Origin: Betaproteobacteria bacterium
Lineage (GTDB): Bacteria > Pseudomonadota > Gammaproteobacteria > Burkholderiales > Ga0077523
Length of the DNA stretch: 64,000 nt
Assembly (NCBI GenBank): GCA_016713305.1
Contig: JADJPK010000008.1
Coordinates: 360,192 to 424,191 of the forward strand
Direction: 5' to 3'
Shown here: in pieces, positions 29,084-37,876 of the stretch
How the letters are laid out: each line of letters opens with the position of its first letter
Position numbering within the stretch: the first letter of the stretch is position 1
The notes under the pieces: generated by a model
The model's input: only the letters and a program-made list of their open reading frames with translations
What the model was told of the DNA's origin: nothing
Databases searched by the model: none
Program-made: the position numbers and the translations under genes

Positions 29084-29759
29084 GCGTACGGCCCCAGGTG
29101 TCCGGCGATCGTGCGTGCGATCTCCCGCTCCAGACGTGCAGCCGCTCGTCCTTCGTCCTGGCGAAGCCACCGGTCGGCGATGTCCCACTTGAACAGGTAG
29201 ACGAGAACTGCGTCGAATGCGAAGGCATGATCCATGGGCAGGGAACCCAGGTGGTCCCAGACCAGCCCCATCAGCAGCCCTTTCCAGCGCCGCGGTGTCG
29301 TTCGCTTCAAGCAGGGCGCGCGTGTGGAACCCAGGGAAACCACGCTTCGAGCCTGTGGTTGCGTTCGGTCGCATGCCTTGCCGCGTAGGCCGTCCATGCA
29401 GGCACGCCCCACTCCGGGCCCGGCATTGCCTGTCCAGAGCACTGCCGCCTGAGCGCGGCCATCACCGTGCGGATGGCGAGCCGGAATTCGGCGAACGAAC
29501 AGAGCAGGCCCGAGGGATGCCGTGCACGCAACTCACGGAAATGCGACAGCACTGCTTCGTCCGTGTTGTCCGCGGGCTGCCGCTGCCATGCCAGAAAATC
29601 CAGTGCGGACTCGGTCACGGCCCGATCGTCGGGATGCAGCAGCGTCAGCCGGTCGCGCAGTCGATCTGCGGAAATCGGCAGGCGAACCAGCGTGTCGAAC
29701 CGGGCGAGGTGAGGCAGGCTGGCCACCAGCAAGTAGTACTGGCGCTGCGCGGTGGTCAT
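29080..29759 (-). pseudogene. DUF2764 family protein (subunit-C-like component of Bacteroidetes-type V-ATPase operons), disrupted by two frameshifts
   Basis: ATG at 29759 (ATGA overlap with the subunit E stop). The N-terminus MTTAQRQYYLLVASLPHL is DUF2764-like. A sensible sequence has to be read in three frames: ...HATERNHRLEAWFP | GFHTRALLEANDTAALER | WKGLLMGLVWDHLGSLPMDHAFAFDAVLVYLFKWDIADRW...GPYA*. The shifts are at about 29330-29340 and about 29278-29286. The length of 680 nt is not a multiple of 3. Confidence 0.7.
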
Positions 29760-30412
29760 GGGCGGGCGTCCTCCTGCAGGAGCGAACGGTATCGGGGCAG
29801 CAGCCGGTCGAGGAGCATCGCCGCGACCGAGTCGGGCGAGATGTCCACCTCCACAGTTCCCGCCTCGAGGCGCACGCGCACTCCGGCGGAGTTGCTGCGC
29901 GCCACCTGCATCTCGATGCCGCAGGTCAGGAGTTCCACGACCAGCGCGCTTACGTGGGCGTCGAGAACGTCCGGTGCCGACGGCTCGGGATCGCTGTGCG
30001 GTCCGGCGAGCTCGATGCCCACCGCGCCCCGAAGGCCGCAGGCGATCGCGCTCCGCGCGACTTCGTCGACGATGCCTGCGAGGGCATCCCGCTGCTCGAG
30101 GCGTTCCTTCACGAGTCTGCGGACCAATTGCCCGAACAGCGCCTCCAGATCCTGGCGGAGTTGCAGCAGCGCATCCCGATGCGCAAGGCGAACGGCTTCG
30201 CGGGCCGAGCGGCGGTCAGCATCCGCCTGGACGCGTGCTGCCGCGACGATCTCCGCGGCTTGCGCACGAGCCGAGTCCAGCAGCATCGCGGCCTCGCTCT
30301 GGGCCCGCGAAACGATGCGGGCCTGCTCCTTCTCGCCGCGCTCGACGCCTTCCTCGTGCAGGCGCCGGATCAGTTCCTCGACGCCACTTTGCCGTGCGCG
30401 CGCGTCAGCCAC
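29756..30412 (-). CDS. V/A-type ATPase subunit E (intact)
   Basis: GTG at 30412 (GTGGCTGA overlap with the subunit K stop). 218 aa with a charged coiled-coil N-terminus (EELIRRLHEEGVERGEKEQARIVSRAQSEAAMLLDSARAQAAEIV...) and a globular C-terminus, typical of subunit E. Confidence 0.75.
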   Translation of the reverse strand: MADARARQSGVEELIRRLHEEGVERGEKEQARIVSRAQSEAAMLLDSARAQAAEIVAAARVQADADRRSAREAVRLAHRDALLQLRQDLEALFGQLVRRLVKERLEQRDALAGIVDEVARSAIACGLRGAVGIELAGPHSDPEPSAPDVLDAHVSALVVELLTCGIEMQVARSNSAGVRVRLEAGTVEVDISPDSVAAMLLDRLLPRYRSLLQEDARP

Positions 30413-30857
30413 GGCCGATGCCCTGGATGAGCACCAGCGCGAAGGCCAGGGCGAACACGGCGAATCCCTCGACGAAGGCGGCAGGGGCCACTGACAGACC
30501 GAAGACTTCGGGTTTGCTCTTCGACACCTGGATGGCCGACGCACAGCAGTTGCCCTGCTGGACGGCGCTGACCATCTGGGCCAGGCCCGACAGCACGCCG
30601 ATGACGAACAACGCCGTCCCGTTCCCGGCGGTGACCGGCCGCTGTAGCGCGAGCATCACCACGATGCCGTAGATCGCCTGCGACGCGGGCATCGCAGCGA
30701 TGCCGATGAACCGGCCATGGCCGGATTCCGTCTCGAGGAGCGCCCCACAGGCTGCCTGCCCGGCTCGCGCACAACCGAGGATGCTGCCGATGGCAGCCAG
30801 CACCATCGCGCCGTAGATTCCGGTCCAGCCCATCGTCAGTGTCAGGATGTCCGCCAT
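30405..30857 (-). CDS. V/A-type ATPase proteolipid subunit K (intact, 4-TM duplicated hairpin)
   Basis: 150 aa. MADILTLTMGWTGIYGAMVLAAIGSILGCARAG... and ...VAPAAFVEGFAVFALAFALVLI. There is a single carboxylate (E) in the last helix, and a Gln (PASQAIYG) at the equivalent site of the first hairpin. Confidence 0.85.
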   Translation of the reverse strand: MADILTLTMGWTGIYGAMVLAAIGSILGCARAGQAACGALLETESGHGRFIGIAAMPASQAIYGIVVMLALQRPVTAGNGTALFVIGVLSGLAQMVSAVQQGNCCASAIQVSKSKPEVFGLSVAPAAFVEGFAVFALAFALVLIQGIGRG

Positions 30858-32589
30858 GGCTCACTCTCCGTTCTCGCGAATGCCCGGAACGGTCGACCTT
30901 CGCTCCAGACGGCCCAGTTGAAGAATTCGATGAAGTTGAGTCTCAGGCCGTGGACGATGCCGCCCGCGACGCCGAGAACCAGGTTGAGTCCGTGCCCGAC
31001 GATCGCGATGATCCCGGCGAGAATCGGCCCTGCCGCTCCTGCGGTGCCGGACACGCCCGCTGCGAGATCGTTGAAGGCTGCGCCCAGCGATGCACCGGCG
31101 AACCCGAGCGCGAAGAGGCGGAGGTAGCTCAACGTGTCTCCGAGCGCACCCACCACACGCGTGACGCCCAGCAGACCGTCCACGAGCCGATGGCGCCAGT
31201 CGGCCGAGTCGCCGGCCGTGAGAAGCACGGTGGCGAGTCCGAAGACGATGGTCAGCGTCCCGGCTGGCTTCAATGCATCGACGGACATGCCACGGCCGGC
31301 CCACATGACGGCCGCACCCAGAAAGACGAGCACCCAGCCGATGGCGGTTCGACCTGCGGGTTGGCCCCGGCGGTGCCAGGCCACCATGACGTTGGCGGTC
31401 ACGAGGTGCACGATGCCCAGGCAAAGCGAGATGACCAGCAACGTGCCGGCGTCGCCCGCGTCCACGGCGACGAGCCTCGCCGTCCAGGTTCCGGGCGCCG
31501 GCGAGCTTCCGAACCAGCTGCCTACGGCCACACCCCAGACGAACGAAACCCCTGTCGCGAGCGCTGCCAGTGAGCGCAGCCGCCGTCCCGATTCCGTGCG
31601 TCCGATCCGGCGCCACAGCACCGCCAGCAGTCCGGCGAGTAACAGCCCATAGCCTGCATCCGACAGGATCATGGCGAAGAACAGCGCGAAGGCGCCGGCT
31701 ACGAATGCGCTCGGGTCCCAGCCGCCATAGCCGGGAACCAGATAGAAACCGGTGAGATCGCGGCCTGCCGCCAGAACACCCCGGGAATCGAGCAGTGTCG
31801 GCGGATCGTCTTCCGCAGTTGCCGGAGCGGTCGTGAGGGCGAATCCATGGCGCTGCGCGCAATCATGCAGAGCCCCAGCAGCGGTCCGCGGCGCCCATCC
31901 GCGCAGGGCGAACACGGCCGGGGTCACCCTGCCGGCATCGTTCAAGGCCGCGCGGTCCTCCAGGCGTATTACGTTCAACCGGTTGAGTTCCTCCAGCCAC
32001 CGCGCAGCGCGGCGCGCTCGATCGAGATCCTCGATCTCATCCTCCGGCGCTCCAGTTCCTCTTCGAGCCGGGCAGGGACCTGGCGCCAGCGTGCGTACGC
32101 TCGCCGGGAATGCCCCGCGGCTCCTCGGCCGAACGACGACGCTCACGAAGTCAATGGTCTCGATAGACCACCGCCACGGCTCGCTGCGGATTCCAGGCCG
32201 TCGAGCATGTGCGGGGACGATGTAGAACCACAGGCGCAAGTCGCCGGATGCGCTGCGCGGTCGGGCGCTGAAGTCTCCCCAGGCGCCAGGTCCCGGATCC
32301 GGCAGCGCAGGCCTTGACGCTCGTCAGCGAGCCTCTGCAGCCGCGCCTGATCTCCAGCGCCCGGGCCACTGACGTCGGCGGCGAAATCTCTGGCCGGCGG
32401 TGACCAGGCTCGCGCGGAGGAACGCAGGGCCTCGGACGCGCCCTCTGTTGTCCACCCGCTGCACGACCTCGGCCGCGCCGAGCTGACTCAGATGAAGGCA
32501 GCCCAGACGTCCTGCAGCTCCGTCAGGGGATCGGGCTTGTCGCGCAACAGCCTGCGTCGTACTGCGACCTTCAGCGGAACGATGCTCAT
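30842..32589 (-). pseudogene. V/A-type ATPase subunit I (a-subunit), N-terminal third disrupted by multiple frameshifts
   Basis: ATG at 32589 (ATGA overlap with the subunit D stop). MSIVPLKVAV...ELQDVWAAFI runs into TGA at 32488-32490. Plausible sequence then continues in other frames (HLSQLGAAEVV...; ...GDQARLQRLADERQGLRCRIRDL...; ...AYARWRQVPARLEEELERR | EDEIEDLDRARRAARWLEELNRL...). From about 32040 downstream the membrane domain is one intact frame ending ...GLRLNFIEFFNWAVWSEGRPFRAF...*. There are at least 5 frame changes, and 1748 nt is not a multiple of 3. Confidence 0.75.
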
Positions 32590-33184
32590 GGCCAGCTGGC
32601 CTTCTCGCCGGGACGACTCCGCGCCTTGGCGATCTTGGCCCGCACCATCGCGACGCGCTCCGCGTCGCCAAGCGCAATCTTGATCCGCCGGATGTCCGCG
32701 CGCCTGCGAGGATCAGCACCCCCTTGAGCAGGTTCGCCCTCTGGATGCGCGGCCGAGGGCTGCGGTGAGTCGCGACGCGCTCCGTCCGGACGGCCGCGAC
32801 CTCCGGTCCATCAATCGCTGAGCTCTGTCCGATGTGTTATCCACCCAGTGCGGCCGGGCCAGCATGCCATAGTCCAGACCCGCGTGTGCACCGGTCGGCG
32901 GCAGCCGGGGCAGCAGCGTGCCGAGCAGGTCCACTCCGTGCCCCACGCGCTGACCCGGACCAGGTTGTCCAGCGTGATCTCTTCGTTGGCCATCATCGGC
33001 ACCGCGGAGGCCGCCACTGCTGCGAGGGCTCGGCGCCGATCCAGGAGCGCCCCGAGCGCCCTGCGCTCCGAGGCCAGCTCCGTGGCGAGCTGCCGCCGCT
33101 TGAGATCCAGGGAAGGCAACGCGGGCGGTAGAGCAAGTCGCGCCGGCGCCGGAGCGAGCCCTTCTTGAGCGCCAGATCACGCAT
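32586..33184 (-). pseudogene. V/A-type ATPase subunit D, disrupted by about four frameshifts
   Basis: ATG at 33184 (MRDLALKKGSLRRRRDLLYR). Recognisable D sequence is then read successively in different frames: LPSLDLKRRQLATELASERRAL...EEITLDNLVRVS | GHGVDLLGTLLPRLPP...YGMLARPHWVDNTSDRAQRL | ...IQRANLLKGVLI | PRRRADIRRIKIALGDAERVAMVRAKIAKA...WP*. The shifts are near 33118, 32948, 32745 and 32710. Each step is +1 in frame, consistent with four 1-nt losses (599+4=603). Confidence 0.72.
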
Positions 33185-34524
33185 CCCCCGGCGCTCCCTC
33201 GCGGCGGCAGATCGGGCCGAGGACTTGTCGATGAGCGACTGCCGGATGCCGATCTGCTGCGGTTCGAAGCACTCTGCCAGCGTCTGCCAGCAGCGATCGA
33301 GTGCCGCTTCCAGCCCCATCGCGGCATCGATGCGCATGAAGCGGTCGCGGAACATGCGCCCGAACGCCAGCAGCTGCCGGTCGAACGCCGACAGCTCGAA
33401 TGCCATGGCGCGCTTGCGCTCCGCGTCCTCGGCCGCGGCGTAGAGACGGATCATCGCGTTTGCCACCTGACCATGATCGTCGCGCGTCACCTTGTCACGA
33501 CGTGCTTCAGGCCGCGACAGCGAGCCGAACGGATCGAGGACGCCGCCATGCAGGTAGTACTGCCCTCGGTGATGTAGCCGGTGTTATCCGGCACCGGGTG
33601 GGTGACATCGTGGCCCGGCATGGTGGTCACGGAAAGGATCGTCACCGAACCCGCATCGCGGAACTGGCAGGCTTTCTCGTATCGCCGCGCCAGACGCGAA
33701 TACAGATCGCCGAGGTAGCCTCGGTTGGACGGCACGCGCTCCATGGTGATGGCAATCTCCTTCATCGCGTCCGCGTAGGCCGTCATGTCGGTGAGCAGCA
33801 CCAGGACCCGGCGGCCCCGGATGGCGAAGTTCTCGGCCACGGCCAGCGCCATGTCGGGGACCAGCAGGCGTTCGACGATGGGGTCGGACGCGAGATTGAC
33901 GAACATCACGGTGCGCGAGAGCACACCGCGGTCATCGAACGCCATTCGGAACACGTGGAAATCGTCGAAGGAAAGCCCCATCCCCCCGAAGACGACGACG
34001 TCGGCGTCCGCCTGGAAGCCGACACGGGCCAGCAGCGCGTTGTACGGCTCGCCCGGCACGGAAGATGGAGATCTTCTGGCTCTCGACGAGGCTGTTGAAC
34101 ACGTCGATCATCGGAATGTCGGTGCGGATCATCCTCTGAGGCACGCGCCGCATGACCGGGTTCACCGACGGGCCGTCGATGGCGATCTCCGGCTGGTCGC
34201 CCAGACCGGGGCCGCCGTCCCTGGGGACGCCCGTTCCTCCGAACACGCGTCCGAGGATGTGCTCCGAGAAGCGTGCCTTCAGCGGCGAGCCGGTGAATCG
34301 CACGCCCGCCGCGGTGGATAGACCGCGGGTGCCCTCGAACACCTGCAGCGTGACGATGTCGCCGTCCAGTTCGATCGCACGGGCGAGCGAGCTCGCCCCG
34401 TCGGGATTCTCGATGATCGCCAGTTCGTCGATGGCCCGCCGGGCGCCCGCACGCGCACGATGTCTCCCACGATGTCGCGCAGGCCGCGGAAGACGAGGGG
34501 GCTGGACGCCGACATGCGATTCAC
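33177..34524 (-). pseudogene. V/A-type ATPase subunit B, disrupted by four frameshifts
   Basis: The GTG at 34524 overlaps the TonB-like stop (GTGA); an alternative ATG is at 34515. The pieces are MSASSPLVFRGLRDIVGDIVRVRAPG | AIDELAIIENPDG...LQVFEGTRGLS...[24 protein letters not shown] | [14 protein letters not shown]...[50 protein letters not shown]...[13 protein letters not shown]...[13 protein letters not shown] | [17 protein letters not shown]...[18 protein letters not shown]...ERRG | DA*. The shifts are near 34440 (-1), 34065 (-2), 33565 (-1) and in the C5/G5 run 33185-33189 (-1). 1348+5=1353 nt restores a 451-codon frame ending at TGA 33177-33179. Confidence 0.85.
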
Positions 34525-35222
34525 CCGGTCCTGCGTGACTGCAGCCGCAGAACGACCGGCTGAGGCATGCTTTCGGGAGGGACGTCCTGCATCGGCGGCA
34601 GCGATTCGAGCGCGCGCTCGATTCGTCGGTCCAGATCGGCGTCGCCGGTGTTCTGGCGGAAACGAAGCCGCGAAAGCCGGCCGTCCTTCGCGATCCAGAC
34701 GCTGACCACCGCACGGAACTCCTCCTTCCGTAGATCGGGCAGCGACATCAGCTCATCCGTCAGGAAGCGCTCGAGCTGCGACGTGTACGAGGCATATTCC
34801 AGCAGGGGATTGAGGCGACCCGATCGGCTCTTGTCGTCCAGGTTCTCGCCGATGGTGGTGATGTCTCTCCCACCGCGCCGGGCCGCCAGGCCGAACGAAT
34901 CACCGACCGCGCCGCCTTCCTCGTTCACGCCGAGCTGGTCGCCGGGCGCGGGCGCTTCCTGGGGTGCGTCGCTGGGACTCTGGACGATCTTCTCGACGTC
35001 CTCCTCTTCCACCTCGGCCGGCTTTTCCGGCTCCGGCTCCTTCGGCTTGGGCGGAGTCCGCTCCGGGTTCAGCAAGGCCACGCGCTGCGCGGAGGACCGC
35101 TTCTGCGTCTGATCGCCCAGCAGGAGGTCCCGTCCGTAGACCGCCGCCAGGGCTACCGCCGCGACGACCCCGGCGCGAAGCGCGAGCCGCCAGGGCCGCC
35201 CGAGCGGATGAGCCTCATCCAC
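34521..35222 (-). CDS. TonB-like energy transducer (N-terminal anchor, Pro/Glu/Lys-rich spacer, TonB_C-like domain)
   Basis: TM segment LALRAGVVAAVALAAVYG. The spacer reads PERTPPKPKEPEPEKPAEVEEEDVEK. The C-terminus ...EEFRAVVSVWIAKDGRLSRLRFRQNTGDADLDRRIERALESLPPM...VVLRL resembles the TonB C-terminal fold pattern. GTG start at 35222. Confidence 0.7.
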   Translation of the reverse strand: MDEAHPLGRPWRLALRAGVVAAVALAAVYGRDLLLGDQTQKRSSAQRVALLNPERTPPKPKEPEPEKPAEVEEEDVEKIVQSPSDAPQEAPAPGDQLGVNEEGGAVGDSFGLAARRGGRDITTIGENLDDKSRSGRLNPLLEYASYTSQLERFLTDELMSLPDLRKEEFRAVVSVWIAKDGRLSRLRFRQNTGDADLDRRIERALESLPPMQDVPPESMPQPVVLRLQSRRTG

Positions 35223-35249
35223 GGGACCGCTCCGTCGCGGCGGGCCGCT

Positions 35250-35654
35250 TCATTTCACGAGCGCCTGCGTGACCAGGCCGAGCTGGGTGATCTGCAACCG
35301 TTTCATCACGTCCAGGACTTCGATCACGCGCTGATACTGGATCTGCGCATCGCCCTTCACCACGACGGGCAGCGTCGGATCGGCGGCACGAAACTGGCGA
35401 AGCTTGTCCTCCAGTTCGGCCACCGTGACCACGGCCGTGTCGAGGTATATCCGTCCGTCGGCCGTGATGGTCACGGCCTTGGTGCGGGGCTTTGCGATGG
35501 AGGGCGCCGCACTGGCCTTGGGCAGCGTCACGGATATGCCCTGAACGGTCGCCGTAGCCATCACGATGAAGATGATGAGCAGGTTCCAGGCGAGATCCAT
35601 GAGCGGGGTCAGATTCAGCTCGTCGTAGATCTTGTTGTCGTGGCCGAAACGCAT
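35250..35654 (-). CDS. exbD: ExbD/TolR family biopolymer transport protein
   Basis: 134 aa. ...ELNLTPLMDLAWNLLIIFIVMAT...VTLPKA...ITADGRIYLD...PVVVKGDAQIQYQRVIEVLDVMK..I matches the canonical ExbD/TolR layout. Confidence 0.9.
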   Translation of the reverse strand: MRFGHDNKIYDELNLTPLMDLAWNLLIIFIVMATATVQGISVTLPKASAAPSIAKPRTKAVTITADGRIYLDTAVVTVAELEDKLRQFRAADPTLPVVVKGDAQIQYQRVIEVLDVMKRLQITQLGLVTQALVK

Positions 35655-35663
35655 GGCGCCTCC

Positions 35664-37487
35664 TTATGCCTTCCGGTAGCTGCGCGCAATGCGGCTGAGC
35701 AGCTCGTTGCTGAACAGTTCCATCGCCGTCGTGAGGGCGCGGATCCGCAGTGCCAGAAAGTTGTACGCGAACATCACGGGGATCGCCACGACGAGACCCG
35801 CCACCGTCGTCGTGATCGCCGCAGCGACTCCGGGTGCGATGGTGTTGACGTTCACGTCGCCCTGCATGGCGATGGTCGCGAAGGTGACCATGATGCCCAC
35901 CACGGTTCCGAGCAGCCCCAGGAACGGAGCGCCGCTGACGGAGAGCGTGAGCATCACCATGTTCTTGTTCATCCGGTTCGCCTCCTCGACCATGGCGGAG
36001 TCGATGGCCGCCTTCACCACATCCATGTCGGAAGCGTCCATGCCGGCGTGAGCAGGTGACTCGGCCGCCAGCGACTTGCGGACTTCACCGATGGCTGCGG
36101 CATACATGCGGAACAGGCTCGAGTCCCGGAGAACGCCGCCTGCTTTCGGCGTCGAATCCGCGGAGGAGGGATCGCTGCCCGCCAGCGCGGCCAGATCGCC
36201 CTGCAGATCGCGAAACCTGCCGAGAAATCCGGCATTGGCGTTCTCCATGCGCCGCAGCAGTCGAGCCTTGACGATGATCGCCTCCGTGCTGAGGAAGCCC
36301 AGAATCACGATGAGGCCGATGATCACCCAAGCGTCACGGCTCACCGCGCCGGCCAGGACGCGCAGCAACGCCAGATACTGCCCTCCGTCTGCCTGTGCCT
36401 CGTCCTGACCGTATTCCACGATCCGCGCGTCCGGCCCGTGGCCGAGCGCCGCGAGCCGGATCCAATCCTTGCTGCGGGCAGTCCTGGAAAATTGCAGTTC
36501 GTCGAGATCGCCGGAGAAGCCCGGTATCTCCGCAATGGCGCCCACGGTAACGGGTCCCGCCAGCTCGGGGAGCTTTGCCGCCACGGCTGCCACTTCCTCT
36601 CCATCGACGTAAACCGTGAGCCGGTCCGATGCGGTCACCGCCACGTGGTGCCAGGTTCCCGGCGAGAGGCGGTCGATCGACGGCGTTTCGATCTGCGAAC
36701 CCGGAGCACGGATGCGGGCCTGAAGGGACGCGCCCTTGACGTCGATCACGAATTCGCCGTCGTTTCCCGCGAGAGTGAGAAGACGCCCGCCGCCATCCAG
36801 CGTGGAAGTCTTGATCCACGCGGTGATGGAAAGCGCGCCGCCTGCCGCAACCTTCAAGGCAGGCTTTGCCGGGACCGTGAACGAGGAGGTGGCGGCAAAG
36901 CGCAGCGCATGATCGATGGCGCCCTCCGCGATCGAGGCTGCGGAAGAGTTCTGCGCGCCGTTCTGGTAGGCGGTGGAATCGACCGGTGCGGACTCGTTCT
37001 GCGCGAAGTGGTACGCGGCAGTCTGCGCGTCGTCGAAAGTGCCCGCCGCGTCCGCCCCGGCGGGCGCGTTCGGATTTCCGTAGTAGAGCCACACGACGTC
37101 GTTGTCCGTCTTCTGGTGCAGCCTGGGCACACGCACCCAGACGAGCGCAATGCCGTTCAGTCCGTCGAAGCGCTCCACATGGAACTTGAGAGGTGTCTTG
37201 TCGTCGCCGGCGACAAAACGGAGATCCTCGCCGTTCTCCTTGGCGTCGACGAACGGAAAGTTGCCTGTGTGCAGACGCACGAGCACAGGCGCCTCGTCCA
37301 CGGGCCCGGAGAGCGCCGCGCCGTCACGCGCGGTGTGAAGCGTGATCTTCTTGCGATACGACCAGTCCGCATTCCACCATGCGAAGGCGGAGACCGGCGC
37401 CAGCATCGAGACCGTGGCGACCAACGCGAGAATTGCCACCAGTACAGACGTCCAGCGTGAATTCGTCGGGGTTCGTGCGAGACTCAT
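35664..37487 (-). CDS. DUF2341 + LamG/concanavalin-like periplasmic domain fused to a MotA/TolQ/ExbB proton-channel domain
   Basis: ATG at 37487, 607 aa, with a signal/anchor segment. WWNADWSYRKKITL...DLRFV..D..T.L.FHVE.FD......VWVRVP is DUF2341-like. ...DLDELQFSRTARSKDW is a LamG-like ending. The C-terminus ...MLTLSVSGAPFLGLLGTVVGIM.TF......GDVN...IAPGVAAAITTTVAGLVVAIP..FAYNFL is the ExbB/TolQ signature. Confidence 0.88.
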   Translation of the reverse strand: MSLARTPTNSRWTSVLVAILALVATVSMLAPVSAFAWWNADWSYRKKITLHTARDGAALSGPVDEAPVLVRLHTGNFPFVDAKENGEDLRFVAGDDKTPLKFHVERFDGLNGIALVWVRVPRLHQKTDNDVVWLYYGNPNAPAGADAAGTFDDAQTAAYHFAQNESAPVDSTAYQNGAQNSSAASIAEGAIDHALRFAATSSFTVPAKPALKVAAGGALSITAWIKTSTLDGGGRLLTLAGNDGEFVIDVKGASLQARIRAPGSQIETPSIDRLSPGTWHHVAVTASDRLTVYVDGEEVAAVAAKLPELAGPVTVGAIAEIPGFSGDLDELQFSRTARSKDWIRLAALGHGPDARIVEYGQDEAQADGGQYLALLRVLAGAVSRDAWVIIGLIVILGFLSTEAIIVKARLLRRMENANAGFLGRFRDLQGDLAALAGSDPSSADSTPKAGGVLRDSSLFRMYAAAIGEVRKSLAAESPAHAGMDASDMDVVKAAIDSAMVEEANRMNKNMVMLTLSVSGAPFLGLLGTVVGIMVTFATIAMQGDVNVNTIAPGVAAAITTTVAGLVVAIPVMFAYNFLALRIRALTTAMELFSNELLSRIARSYRKA

Positions 37488-37782
37488 GGAGTCGTCCTCG
37501 GGCGGGGCGAACGTTCGTTCAGGGATGGGTCCGGTGCGTCGATTGCAGATCAATTCTGTGGATGGAATGACATCCGGATTTGCGCTGCGTCAAGACAACT
37601 GCACGCTTGGCCAAGCGGCGTATGGGAAATGTCGATAGGGTGACACCGCGCTCCCATGAGAATGGTCTGTACGGATCAAGTGGGGCGCACGGGACTGTCA
37701 CACGTGTGCGGACCGGTCGGAGATGAAGGGTCGCAAGCGCCTGAGGACCGCAACGATGAGTGCGTCAGGGAACGGAAATCCG

Positions 37783-37796
37783 TTGACTTTGGTCAA
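37783..37796. promoter_or_regulatory. FNR/Dnr/FixK-type box candidate (TTGAC-N4-GTCAA)
   Basis: Perfect inverted repeat TTGACTTTGGTCAA (fits TTGA-N6-TCAA), centred ~87 nt upstream of the ATG at 37877 that leads the DUF2934/NTF2-like/NnrU genes. Confidence 0.4.
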
Positions 37797-37876
37797 TTCC
37801 AGGATCGTTGCGAGCCGTGAAACTTGCGCCCGCGCTCGATCCTGCGCACCGATCAAATGCAACCTGGAGGCGACAA

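Noticed and set aside
27302-34524. Programmed ribosomal frameshifting, inteins or split genes as an explanation for the V-ATPase frame changes
   Set aside because: There are about 17 changes of mixed sign and size with no shared slippery heptamer or downstream structure. No intein-like insertions are present; the sequence is continuous across joins apart from 1-2 nt. Some frames hit stops at once (for example TGA at 28319 and TGA at 32488). Decay or consensus error is the simpler reading.
27127-37876. The V-ATPase/TonB array as a mobile genomic island
   Set aside because: I could find no integrase, transposase, tRNA gene or flanking direct repeats at either boundary. The base composition does not visibly differ from the surroundings. 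Horizontal origin remains possible, but no mobility machinery is visible.
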